DNA of 64,000 nucleotides from Macrostomum lignano (taxonomy: Eukaryota), in assembly GCA_002269645.1 (NCBI GenBank), contig NIVC01000562.1:178638-242637 (forward strand), given 5' to 3'. Both the position numbers and the translations under genes were made by a program. This document shows, piece after piece, positions 25,801 to 38,600 of this stretch (positions are counted from its first letter, which is position 1; each line of letters opens with the position of its first letter). The notes below the pieces were generated by a model that was not told the origin of the DNA, did not search any database, and saw nothing but the letters and a program-made list of their open reading frames with translations.

Positions 25801-28800
25801 TCTTGGAGAGGGGAGATTCTTGGAGAGGGGAGATTCTTGGAGAGGGGTGATTCTTGGAGAGGGGTGATTCTTGGAGAGGGTGATTCTTGGAGAGGGGAGA
25901 TTCTTGGAGAGGGGAGATTCTTGGAGAGGGGAGATTCTTGGAGAGGGGTGATTCCCGAAGAGAAGTGATTCCTGGAGAGGGTGATTCCCAGAGAGGGGTG
26001 ATTCCCGGAGAGGGGTGATTCCCGGAGAGGGGTGATTCCCGGAGGGGGTGATTTCCGTGTTGGGGTGATTCCTGAGAAGGCGTGACAAGCTGTGTTACAG
26101 ACCGTGTCGAACCACTGCAGCAGGGCGCCAGCCCGCTGGAACATGGCCCGGTAGACAGACATGGCGTGCATGTGCCGGTCCAGCGTGGCCACGTCCGTGA
26201 AGATATTACTGGTCGCTCGCTCCAGCGTGACCACCTGAAGCGTCGGAAATTGTTAGTTGTTGTTGGTTTGTTATAATCATATTTAAAAAGATACGTGTAC
26301 TTCAATAAACCGGATTTCCAGATTGACAATTCGTTATTGATTTTTTAAAATAATTTTAATTTTCAATTTTTAGAAACTTTGGTCAATTATGGATAGTTTT
26401 GCTTGAAGCCGAATTTCCGGATTAGCGGGTCGTTTTTGATTTGTTATAATTTTCTGTCCTTTTTTAGAGATCGAAATTCCGTAGCGATTGCTCCATTGCG
26501 ATATCGTTCCGTGTAACCTTTATTGTTCTTTTCAAAATTATGAGACTATAAGGTTTCTTAGAAACCGATTTAGTTAAATTAAAATCCAGCATTTTTTCAT
26601 AACCTTGATAAATATTTTATCTTAGATTTTGTCGCTATATTGCTCACCAGATATTACCTTTTATGAACTAATTTCCGAGCTTGTAAACGCATTTATTCTA
26701 TATAGTAAAATTTAATTGTCAAATATCAGCTCACCTCATCAAGCTTGCAATAAGGAAAATCGATGCCCTTCAAATAGTTCTGGCTGTTGCGCAAATTCGC
26801 GCAGGCTGCCACCAGGTAATTGCGCGTCTCCGTGGCAACCGCGTAACGCCGCTGCATATCCCTGTGCGAGGCGCGCGGGGCGGCTGATTGAGGCATTGAG
26901 CAAGGAACTACGACTCGTATATTCTATAGTTTTTTTATTAAAACCTCTTAGTTAGGCGTGAAATCAAATTTACAACGTTCACAAGCGGTAATCGGTAATT
27001 GTATGTAAGTAGTACTAGTAGAAGTACATACAAGTACACATGTACTGCAGAGATGTCGAAGAAGACATATTGTTAATTTTTGCGTAAAGGTTCCTTACTT
27101 TGCGTAAAGGAGATCTGATTAATTAATTAATTAATTGATTACACCTGCCTTAGTGGCGGCCAGATGTGCAACCGACAGCTCAGCCGCAGCTATTGCGCGG
27201 CGCACCTGAAGGCTGCGTACGGCTGTTCAGTCCAAGGACTGGGGGGTCGCCACACACCTTAAATTACCCCAGCTAATGCTGGCACCCATTTTACAGCTGG
27301 GTGAACTGAAGCAATACAGAGTTGTGTCTTGCTCAAGGACACAAATTGTTCCGAGTGGGATCGGGAATCGAACCTCCGACGCTCTAACCACTAGGCTACA
27401 ATCCCCTCACTAGGCTTAGGATGAGAAATCTTGACAGCTGGTTTCTGAGTTGGAAATGCAAATTAAAGGAAGTATGACAGCTGAATCTGACTCACTGAGG
27501 CGGCATGGAGCCGCAGGTCTCCCACTGCTTGACGCCGTGGCCAAGCTGGGCGCAGGCGTGGTGAATCAACAGACGGCCGGCCTGCCAGCGGGCCTTGGCC
27601 GCCGCGATTCTCTGCTGCCTGTCGCTGGTGGCGTCGTGCTCCCGTTCCAGCCGGAACTCCAGCTCGCTGCCGTACTTGCCGTCGAAAATGGCAGCTGCAG
27701 GTTTGGAGTGATTTCGTTTCTTATCTAGAGAAAACGGTTTCCACTGCTCACTAACGGGGGCAGGGCGAAATTGGCAGGGAGGCTGTCGTGCGATCCACAG
27801 CCATGAGGGCCGACCCCCCAAGGCACAGAGAGTGTACATGCCTGACGATTAGAAAGTCAGGGCCGATGTACACCCTGTGTGAGCGTGTGTACGAGTGGGC
27901 AGAATTGCTTCAGTGCAGGTGCCCACAAACCTGCGAATATTTATTTCATATCCACTCGTATACGAGAAATACACAGTACAAAGTTTATAAAAAATCGTCT
28001 ATTGAAGAGTAGTTATCCACAGGTGAGGCTCTGGCTCAGCAGTTAGGACCAAGTTAAGGACTCAGAAAGGGATCGTTTACTGTCACATCTGGACACAGAT
28101 ATAGAGCTCAGAAAGCAGCTTGATAAACTTGTGAAACCCATGCTCACTTCGAATCGTCCTCGGATTGAAGCATAGAAGATGAGAGAATTAAGTTGCGTCT
28201 TTTAGCTGACAATTGTCGTTGTCTGAGTTATCCCAGGGAGAAATCAAAGCTTAAGCAGTCTCTAAAAAGAAATCAAAAAGAACTTTTCAAACAGCTCACC
28301 GAGCATCACATCCTGATCCCGGTAGAGGCCTGCAGCCGGTTGGCGTGCTCGTGAAGCTCCTTGACGGCCTGTCGGGCGCTCTCCCTGATCCGCACGGCGG
28401 ACTCAAGCTCGCGCTGGGCGACCTCCTGCTTGTTGAGGGCGGTCACGAACTCCTCCTGCTCGCGAGACATGCGCTCGTCGAATGCGGCCTTGTCCGCGAT
28501 GAAGGAGTTCACGCTTATCTGCTGCATTTCGTCAACGTCCTGCTTCTCCTTGCGGCTGAATGGGAAAGTGAGGCCGAAGGCTTGCTGTCAATACTTCTCA
28601 AACTGTGATACTCAGGTAACAGCTGCTCAAACTGTGATACTCAAGTCCAACAGCTGCTCAAACTGTGATACTCAAGTCCAACAGCTGCTCAAACTGTGAT
28701 ACTCAAGTCCAACAGCTGCTCAAACTGTGATACTCAAGTCCAACAACTGCTCAAACTGTGATACTCAAGTCCAACAGCTGCTCAAACTGTGATACTCAAA

Positions 28801-30334
28801 TCTGACAGCTGCCCAAACTGTGACACTCAAGTCCAACAGCTGCTCAAACTGTGACACTCAAGTCCAACAGCTGCTCAAACTGTGACACTCAAATCTGACA
28901 GCTGCTCGAACTGTGATACTCAAGTCCAACAGCTGCCCAAACTGTGATACTCAAGTCCAACAACTGCTCAAACTGTGATACTCAAGTCCAACAGCTGCTC
29001 AAACTGTGATACGAGTACTCAAATCTGACAGCTGCTCAAACTGTGATACTCAAATCTGACAGCTGCTCAAACTGTGATACTCAAATCTGACAGCTGCTCG
29101 AACTGTGATACTCAAGTCCAACAGCTGCTCGAACTGTGATACTCAAGTCCAACAGCTGCCCAAACTGTGATACTTAAGTCCAACAGCTGCTCAAACTGTG
29201 ATACTCAGATCTGACAGCTGCTCAAACTGTGATACTCAAGTCCAACAACTGCTCAAACTGTGATACTCAAGTGTAAGCTACTCAGAGTAGCGAGCTGCAC
29301 AGAAAGCTACAGATTCAGAGTTTGAAATTAATTTTCCATTTGCATCGCTGTGTAAATATCATTGCAGTTATCAGCTAACCAAAGGAGCCAGCTATGATCC
29401 GAGAGCTTACTCGCTGATTAGATAAGAACTGAGTTCTTACGTTTGCTCCTTGCGCGACTCAAACACGGCCGTCAGTCGCTGGATTTCTTCATCAAGGGCT
29501 TTGAGCTCGTCCCATTTAATCTGCAGGTGCTCCACTGAGTTCATCGCCTCAAGTCTGTTGATCTCTTTTTCAATCTCAACATATCGAAGAAGCGTGTCAG
29601 CGTCCATTGTGGTCTGCGTCACCTGCAGTCAGGTGCAAATTTATTTATGGTTATTAAGACTCCCGCAGTTCAAGACGGCAGTTGGCCTGCAACCCGTGGG
29701 GAGGCAGGCAGCCATGCCGTCCCATTGATCAACAAGGATATGTGCGCACACACGCTGGGGAGGCAGGCAGCCATGCCGTCCCATTGATCAACAAGGATAT
29801 GCGCGCACACACGCTGGGGAGGCAGGCAGCCATGCCGTCCCATTGATCAACAAGGATATGTGCACACATACGCGCTCATACAGGGTTTACGGCGGCCCTG
29901 ACTCCCCGACTCTCTAACAGTCAGACCTTAGAGATTTAGTATATTGTGATTAAACTACACAAAACACACTATGAAACTTCATTAAACACACGATGAAACT
30001 TCATTAAACACACTAAGAAACTCTAAACACACCATGAAATCCGTTGGATACACTATGAAAACCTATTAAACAAACGATGAAACCCATTAAAAACTCTAGA
30101 AACTCCGCTAAACACAATAAAATCCGTTAAACACAATGAAAACCCATTAAAAACACAATGAAATCCATTAAACAAACTCGGAAACTCAATGGTTTCAACT
30201 TACAGCCTCGTCCTCTTGTGGCGGCGCCGACGGAGCCGAGCCGTTGGCATGGCCATTATTGTTCGTCATCCGCTGTTGCTGCTCAAAATTGAAGGCCGAT
30301 CTGCTTTCAGGCTGGGGCGCTGTTGTTGCTGGAA
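22804..30334 (-). CDS. Uncharacterised coiled-coil protein. Exons in transcript order: 30334-30204, 29622-29441, 28555-28300 (1-nt frameshift), 27694-27496, 26861-26735, 26234-26103, 24935-24779, 24022-23690, 23206-23109, 22896-22804
   Basis: Every junction has GT-AG and matching phase, except that exon 28555-28300 is 1 nt short. Spliced peptide includes LYRDQDVMLAAIFDGKYGSELEFRLE, QDMQRRYAVATETRNYLVAAC, GIDFPYCKLDEVVTLERATSNIFTD, ALLQWFDTVINKTIDRDL and GLQEKLAARK...DSVTA*. The start is uncertain (ATG at 30269 or an upstream exon). Confidence 0.85.
23330..23603 (-). mobile_element. Family-2-related SINE with a different 3' tail
   Basis: tRNA head ggggcagagcagctcagtggtaaatgcgtc...cctggttcgattccg and core gtcgtgcgcttcacacccatg...cccccaaggcacagag, followed by a divergent tail. 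Confidence 0.75.
24170..24670. repeat. 31-bp minisatellite (cctgttgtctatctactcccatatagagagg)n
   Basis: Tandem units read directly. Confidence 0.95.
25015..26070. repeat. 17-bp G-rich minisatellite (gattcccagggaggggt / gattcttggagagggga)n filling an intron
   Basis: Tandem units read directly; source of the SPLPGNHPSLGITPPWE ORFs. Confidence 0.95.
27150..27400 (-). mobile_element. CORE-type SINE (family 1), reverse copy
   Basis: Reverse complement matches 2791-3060 (cattttacagctgggtgaactgaagcaat...gtgtcttgctcaaggacacaaattgttccgag...ctctaaccactaggct). The middle of the tRNA head is deleted. Confidence 0.85.
27770..27910 (+). mobile_element. Partial family-2 SINE
   Basis: Contains gtcgtgcgatccacagccatgagggccgaccccccaaggcacagagagtgtacatgcctgacgattagaaagtcagggccgatgtacac. 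Confidence 0.75.
28597..29272. repeat. 31-bp minisatellite (caaactgtgatactcaagtccaacagctgct)n
   Basis: Tandem units read directly. Confidence 0.95.
29697..29872. repeat. Three copies of a 59-bp unit
   Basis: gaggcaggcagccatgccgtcccattgatcaacaaggatatg begins at 29701, 29760 and 29819. Confidence 0.92.
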
Positions 30335-32638
30335 CTAGAATTTGTTTTTGTACATTGTTTTGCTTATGTCTTTAACTTGAAATGACTACTACTGCCTTAG
30401 TAAAGGTCATATTTTAACCAGTTAAAACACCACGCGGTTCAATGAAAATACCTGTTGATCATTTTGGCGGCTTGCGCTAGGAAAGTTACTGGAATCTTGA
30501 ACGTCCATGCCTGACGGATGCTTTGGATAAGCGGTGACAGATCCTCTGCTTTTTTGAGCACTTGCTGAAGAACCCATGGTAAAAGTTGCGATGCAAATTG
30601 CTGCAGGTAATCTGGAAGAATGTTTAAGTTATTTGGCATTTAGCTGTTTGATAAAAATCTTGAAATTACGCTCGTAATTCGCAAAATTTCTTAGTTATTC
30701 ATTAAAAACAATCTACTGCTGGTTTTACGATACGATAACTGAAAAAATATGAAGATGCAAATAATATAATTTTTCTTTAAATTACGGCTTAGAAAAATTA
30801 CTTTTTCTATACTTTCATGCTTTCATACATTAGCCACAAAGATTTTTCTATAACTGGATAGAAGCCGGCGCATAATAATAAAACTTTTCAGAAAAAAATG
30901 TACATAAAATATACAAACATGAATTTTTCAGCATGCATGCCAAAGCTACGAAAGAAGAGCATGCAACTGCATGCTCCGAAATATTCCTCGGAAGGAAGTC
31001 ATTCTGAACAAATGGCCGAACTCTCTACGCCTACGGCAGTAGATTTTTTAAAGTTCAGCTTTTTAAAAAATACTAATATTCGTTAAGACTATTTTTTTAT
31101 GATAATCACAAAAACCTACACTACAATACTTCGTTCAAAAAGATGGATCGACGCAAGCGTGTATGTTTTATTAGTCAGCGTTAGAAATGTGTCATAGAAA
31201 CGAACTTAAATATGTTTACATTAGCAGTGTTCAGAATTTCAATAGGTAAAACAAACAAATCGTAATCGAAGAGCAAAATGAAAATTCATAAATTAAACTT
31301 TAAACAAAAATTTAAATTAAAACTAAAAGCAAAATTTTAAGTTGATGAATTATTCAATTGAAAAACATTTTCAGTCACTATAAAACAGTAGCTAATTGTA
31401 TTTTATGTGATGTCACTTTCGGATAGAGCCAGTTGAAGCCGTATATTCAGATGAAACTTTATTCAACCTCTTTTCGAAACATTGTAGACGTGTTTTGTGT
31501 AAAATTCGATTAGAGATTTTAGTTTAAAAGAAAATGAGCTTTCTCGAGTCTAAACACATCTTAAAAATATCTTACAAGTCTGCCGGATTTTTTGGCTAGA
31601 GATGGATAAACAAATATATAATATATGCTTTAAAGCGCGGCTAATTTTTAAATATTATTCAGAACTAAACTAACTACCTTTTTGATACCATTTTAATGCA
31701 TCATAAAAACAAAACACAGAATATCTAGTGTAAATTTTTTTTAACTAAAAAATTCGATTATAGTTCGACGAACTATATTGATTTAAATCGAATCAGTTCT
31801 GTTAGTCTTAGATTTAATAAGATAAAGCTATTTTATCTTATTTATCTTATTATAGAGAAAAATTTATCTATATTTATATTTATATTTATTTATATATTTA
31901 TATTTATCTATGGTTTAGTCGTTTAGTCTAAGAAATAGAATTTTATAAACCAACTAACTTTTGAAAGAATCGAATTATTTGCTAACTACTTTAAATCCAC
32001 TCATTTTTAAGACAATGAATACGCAGCAGACATTGGAATGGTTTATGTTAGTATCGTGTCAGTGCAGTTTGGTCGATCTAATTATTTGTGTAGATCAATA
32101 TGTGTATATAGTATTTGTATTGAATTTTAAAGATTACTATATGCTTTATAAGCTTATACTCTATCTACTTTTAAAAATTGTGGGTAGAACAGAAGGGAAT
32201 TTGTGTAGAATTTTATAGAATTGAATATCAAAATCTTAATATTAGTTATTTATTTATATAATAAGCTTTCTAAACTATAAATGAGCAGAATACTAATTTC
32301 TGTTTGTTTTAAAGTGAAAATTATCCATCATTGTACAAATAAACTGTATTGACAGTGGATTAAATTTAAAAAATGACTATTTAACAATTTAATTTACAAA
32401 GATCTGAATTCTCATCCACTGCATACTGCTAACACATTAGTTTAAGAATACCAATAAGTAGCATTAACTGAGTATATTTGCCTGTATCTAAATATCATCC
32501 AGATCTTTTATTCTTTAAAGGGATTCATTTGTTAATTTGAATCAAGTGTCTTCGAACTTAGTTATTTATGATTTTTATGCTCTATTTAAAGCAGAAATAT
32601 ACTTTGCAGAGTCGTTCATTTGTTGACTAATAGGAAAA

Positions 32639-35600
32639 ATGCAGCGAGAAGACACGGACGTTAGCGAGGCATCGACCGACAGGACGCTGGAGCTTCAGTC
32701 AGCGACGCCGAGGCAGCAGCAGGCGAAGCCGAACGGAACTGCGCCCGATTCTGCCACCGCTGATGTCACCAGCGATGAGGAGAACGAAATCATCCAGGAG
32801 CTGAAGGAAGAAATTAAGCGCAAAGTTCGAGAGGATATCAAGGTAAAATCTACGTAAAGTGTGGCATCCAATAAAGTATGCTTACGTAGGTACTCTAATC
32901 AAGCTTTAACTTCGTATTTTAACACAATGAAATTAATGGCGATCACTCTAGTCTGTAAAAGTCTTCCTGTTTCTTGTGTACTATTAGTGCAGTCAGTAAT
33001 CCAATCGCACAACTTTTTAATTGTCAGCTGCTGGCTATAGCTAGATATTGCAATGTGCTCGTAAAAATCCAGTTGTTCGTATTTGAAGCACTTAAACTGA
33101 TGCATAAATTTGCTTATGTTTATTGTTCACATGTAATAACTGACCTGGCCGAATGAGCTGTGACCTGAACTGACCACCCAAAGGGGCAGAGCAGCACAGC
33201 CGTAAACGCGTCCGAATCTCGCGCCACGAACCCTTGGTTCGATTCCGTGTGCAAACACATTATTTTGAAGGCCTGGCGCTAAACTTGGCATGGGAGGCTT
33301 TCGTGCGATTCACATCCATGAGGATCAGCCCCCAAGGCACAGAGAGTGTACATGCCTGACGATCAGAAAGTCAGGGCCGCTGTACACCCTGTGTGAGCGC
33401 GCGTGCCTGCGTACAGTATTGGCGCACTTGTGTGTGCTCAGGAGTCAGCGGAATGGGCAGGATTGCGTCAGACCAGGGCAATTATCATTATCAAATCGAA
33501 CACCCGCAGGATGAGCTGGCCAGGTACGATCTGAAGAATCTGTCCAGCCGGACTGAATCCGCGGCCTCCAGCGCCCGCGACCAGTCGGACCCCAACGGCC
33601 TGCTGCCGGAGCGGGACGCCAAGTACACCGAGGCCTACCAGCGGATGCTGAAGCTGGACAAGATTCTGCGGAAACGGATGGCCAAAGAGCGAGAGGTCAA
33701 GCGGCAGAGAATTATGCTGGAGAAAAGGTTGGAGACTCGCATTGGTGCAGTCCCTCTTCGATTCCGCATTCCATCCCTCTAATGCTGCTCCCAATCCGCT
33801 CTTCGTAGATTTCATCTCTAATGCGACCTAAAGTCCCCTCCGATTCCATTCTTAGTCCGCTCTGTACAACTCTCCGAATCCGCCCTCAATCCGCCCTTTT
33901 CCCCCCTATTCCGCCCTCAATCCCCTCTCCATCCCCCATTCCGCCCTCAATCCCCTCTCCATCCCCAATAGTCCGCCCTCAATCCCCTCTCCATCCCCAA
34001 TAGTCCGCCCTCAATCCCCTCTCCATCCCCACTATTCCGCCCTCAATCCCCTCTCCATCCCCACTATTCCGCCCTCAATCCCCTCTCCATCCCCCATTCC
34101 GCCCTTAATCCGCTCTCCATCTCCCCCTATTCTGCCCTTAATCCACCCCCAAATCACCTGCCAACCGTCGCCTCTGCCTCGCCGCGCTCCCAGGATCAAG
34201 GAGGAGCTGGAGCAGCTGCGCACCGAGGCAACCTCCAGGCGGACAAACGACGAGATGAGCAACACCATGAAGTTCCTGGCGCTGACGCCCAGCGACGGCG
34301 GCACCAGACGGGACGGGGATTCGGCCCTGCAGGATGAGTACAGCGATGAGCTGCCGCACGAGCCGGTGTTCCCCACCGAGTACCTGTTCGACGAGGCACA
34401 GGAGTCGGCTGGGGCCAACGAGGAAGGCACCGAAGTCGGTGGCGGAACCGCCCGGTCCGGAAAGACGAGCCGGAAGCAGCAGCAGCAAAAAGACGGCCGG
34501 AAGAAGCAGGCGGCCGGTTCGGGCGCGGCAGCGAGCGGCGACTCGTCGAAGGATTTTATAAAGCGAAACATTGAGGTTAGTAACAGAAGAGTAGTCGGAT
34601 GCTTCCTTAGCAACAGAGACATGAGTAGTCGGACGCTGCCTTAGCAACAGAAGATGAGTAGTCGGTCGCTTTCTTAGCAACAGACAGATGAGTAGTCGGA
34701 CGCTTTCTAAGCAACAGGGAGATGAGTAGTCGGATGCTTTCTTAGCTACAGTGAGATGAGTAGTCTGATGCTTCCTTGGAAACAGGAAGATGAGTAGTCG
34801 GATGCTGCCTTAGCAACAGGAAGATGAGTAGTCAGATGCTTCCTTAGCAACAGAAGATGAGTAGTCGGACGCTTCCTTAGCAACAGAAGATGAGTAGTCT
34901 GATGCTTCTTTAGCAACAGAAAATGAGTAGTCTGATGTTTCCTTAGCAACAGGAAGATGAGTAGTCGGATGCTTTCTTAGCTACAGGGAGATGAGTAGTC
35001 GGATGCTTCCTTAGCAACAGGAAGATAAGTAGTCGGACGCTTCCTTAGCAACAGAAGATGAGTAGTCGGACGCTTCCTTAGCAACAGAAGATGAGTAGTC
35101 TGATGCTTCCTTAGCTACAGGGAGATGAGTAGTCGGATGCTTCCTTAGCAACAGAAGATGAGTAGTCGGACGCTTCCTTAGCAACAGAAGATGAGTAATC
35201 TGATGCTTCCTTAGCAACAGGGACATAAGTAGTCAGACGCTTCCTTAGCAACAGGGACATGAGTAGTCGGATGCTTCCTTAGCAACAGGGAGATGAGTAG
35301 TCGGATGCTTTCTTAGCAACAGAGGATGAGTAGTCGGACGCTTCCTTAGCAACAGGGACATGAGTAGTCGGATGCTTCCTTAGCAACAGGAAGATGAGTA
35401 GTCGGATTCTTTCTTAGCAACCGAATCAGCTTTTTTGCATTCGTCCTTATCAACAATAAGGTTGACAGATTAAAATAAATAAAATCATGGCCAAAAGCTT
35501 CACAATTCCTCAATCTAAATTTCACAGCTGGCAGCAGCTTCAAACGACGTCGTTGCCATGACGCCCGAGGAGAGAGAGCGGCTTGACTCGTTGCTGCGCG

Positions 35601-38600
35601 ATTTGGACAGCATTCCGGACCTGCCCGAGGAGTTTACGGTGCGTACTGAGTGCGCAAATTAGCCTACTTATATAAGTAGGCAGATGCGGAATCGCTTTTA
35701 ATCAGAAATTTATTCGCCTAAAAAGTACTTGCCATTTTCAGAGCTCAATGCTTCCAAGCAACACCAGTTAGTGGATAAAATATTGACACATGTGTCTTGC
35801 GCCTACTTAAAAATAGCAAGTATTGAATATGAAGGAAAAATTAATGATTTAGTGATAATACTACTAATTAGTAGCTAAAATTAGTTTCTAGAGCTCGAAT
35901 TAGGCCCCTATCTAATATTGGGCGTCGAGGACACACAGACTCGCTCACCTGTTGTTGCTTTCAGCTGGACCCTGAGATGCTCAGCTTACCACCAACACCA
36001 TCGACTGTTCTCAGCATTGGAATAGTTTGTTGCCAATTATGCTTTGTATTTTTTCATTTAGTTTGATTTTTTTTTATTCTTTATTGTTTGGTTTGGTGTC
36101 TGGGGAGCTGAGAGCGGTCTTGGCTTGTCACAGTGCTCTCTCGCATTTTACACAGATGTAACACATTCATATTGCTAACATGAGTTATGAAGGCCGACAA
36201 GTGGCTGTCACTGGAACGGCTAAAAATTGTTTCACAGCTGTTTACAATTATGTAAAGATTTAATTGGCACAAATTTCTAATAAAAAATGGTTCACACTGT
36301 TAATTTAAACATTGCTATGGAGCACAAAAATACGGTTGAATATCATTTTAACAAAATAATTATTTAATTAAGTCCAACAGAAGCCATGTAAGACCATTGT
36401 TCATTTTTTGATATTGGCTGTGCTTCTCATTCATTTTTGGCGTCTAAAAAGCAAATGTGCCTGAATGCTGCGCGTCTTTATTGATTTTGATGTCATGTTT
36501 ATCGATTTTATTCGTGTGTTTATCGATTTGATTTGTTTGTTCATCAATTTGTTTCGTGTGTTTATCAGTTTGAGTAGTATGTTTATCAGTTTGATTCGTG
36601 TGTTTATCAATTTGATTCGTGTGTTTATCAATTTGATTCGTGTGTTTATCGATTCGATTCGTGTGTTTATCGATTTGATTCGTGTGTTTATCGATTTTAT
36701 TCCTGTGTTTATCGATTTGATTTGTGTGTTTATCGATTTGATTTGTTTGTTCATCAATTTGTTTCGTGTGTTTACCAATTTGATTTGTTTGTTGATCGCT
36801 TTGATTCGTGTATTTATCGATTTGGCTTGTGTGTTTATCGATTTGATTCGTGTGTTTATCGATTTGATTTGTGTGTTTATCGATTTGATTTGTTTGTTTA
36901 TCGATTTGATTCGTGCGTTTATCGATTTGATTTGTGTGTTTATCGATTTTATTTGTTTGTTCATCAATTTGTTTCGTGTGTTTATCAATTTGATCTGTTT
37001 GTTGATCGCTTTGATTCGTGTATTTATCGATTTGGCTTGTGTGTTTATCGATTTGATTCGTGTGTTTATCAATTTGATTCGTGTGTTTATCGAGTCGAGC
37101 CATCGTGCATATTGATTTAAATCAGCGTGGCTATCAAGTTGAATTTCATTTTTATCATGCCTTATGCTTTATATGAATTGAATCAAGTTGCCATGGGTTC
37201 GTTGGCTGTGCACACCGCCTGTGGCGTGTTTTCATCGTAAGAAACTAAACAACACCGGAAAATTTCACTAGCGCCTCCCACCGCCGCTACTACGGCAGGA
37301 TTCGAGCTCGGGCTACCAGCTGGCGGAGCTCAGCCCGGGCGAGGGCTACCGAGTCTCCGACGCCGATTCGCGTCGACTACGCGAAATCGAAGCCAGCCTG
37401 GCCCGCCTCGGCTCCGTGCCGCCGCCAGCGCTGACCGCCTGGTCGGAGGAGTCGCCGTCGTCGGCAAGGCGACAGTCGGAGCTGAGCGACGCGTACAGAG
37501 CCACCGCGCTGCAGCGGGCTGCGGCCGGCCAGGACTGGGATCTGGACAGGCTCGGCGAGAAGGCGCTCGCCGAAGTCAAAGAGGAGCGACTGATGAGTCA
37601 CCGGCTGGAGGAGCTGAACAGCCGGCTTTCTTTGATTAGCAATGAGGTGATTTCTGGCTTTGTGGATTTGTTGGATTTGAGATGTTGGATTTGAGATGCT
37701 GGATTTGAGATGTTGGATTTGAGATGTTGGATTTGAGATGCTGGATTTGAGATGTTGGATTTGAGATGTTGGATTTGAGATGTTGGATTTGAGATGTTGG
37801 ATTTGAGATGTTGGATTTGAGATGCTGGATTTGAGATGTTGGATTTGAGATGCTGGATTTGAGATGTTGGATTTGAGATGTTGGATTTGAGATGTTGGAT
37901 TTGAGATGTTGGATTTGAGATGTTGGATTTGAGATGTCGGATTTGAGATGCTGGATTTGAGATGTCGGATTTGAGATGTTGGATTTGAGACGTCGAATTT
38001 GAGATTTTGGATTTGATATGTTAGATTTGATATGTTGGATTTGAGATGTTGGATTTGAGATGTTGGATTTGAGATGTTGGATTTGAGATGTTGGATTTGA
38101 GAAGTTAAATAAAGTTTTAGCATATGGACTTCGATCTCAGACTGTAGCTGCAAGTTGAACACACTCTAAGGACTGTATGAACTTTAATTAACGCCCCATC
38201 CCCTCACACCGGCAGTCGTCCCAGGGTCCACTCTCGGCCGAGGCCATGTCCGCCCTGCTGTCCGACTGCTCCCGCTCTATCGCTGCCAGCCACAGTGTCC
38301 GGGACGCAAATTCCCAGCTGGGCAGCCACCGCAGCCTGCAGTCGACGGCATCTGCCGCTGGGCCGGCGAGCGCCGCCAGCGAGACCGGCGGCGACGTCGA
38401 TTCGCTGTCCTCCGCCAGGCTGCCAGACGATGAGGCGAGCCGAGAACTGGCTATTCAGGTGCGCCCGTGATCTTCCTGTTGGCAATTGTTTTTAATAAAC
38501 AGCGGGAGTAACTATCTAATACTTATTATCAGAGTCTGTTTACTCTATTAGTATCAATAGTTTTCTGCTATTGGCTAGATTAGCAATCCGTTCTACTCCT

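Noticed and set aside
24669-26329. 521-, 465- and 364-aa ORFs
   Set aside because: They come from the 17-bp intronic array; only 26234-26103 and 24935-24779 are exonic.
30439-30639. 66-aa minus-strand ORF as first exon of the coiled-coil gene
   Set aside because: No convincing phase-1 donor linking it to acceptor 30335, and no recognisable motif.
36431-37120. Heptad coiled-coil / antifreeze-like ORFs (IDKHTNQ, INTRIKS)
   Set aside because: A 21-bp stop-poor repeat is open in four frames inside an FSIP1-like intron; no splice or start context supports coding.
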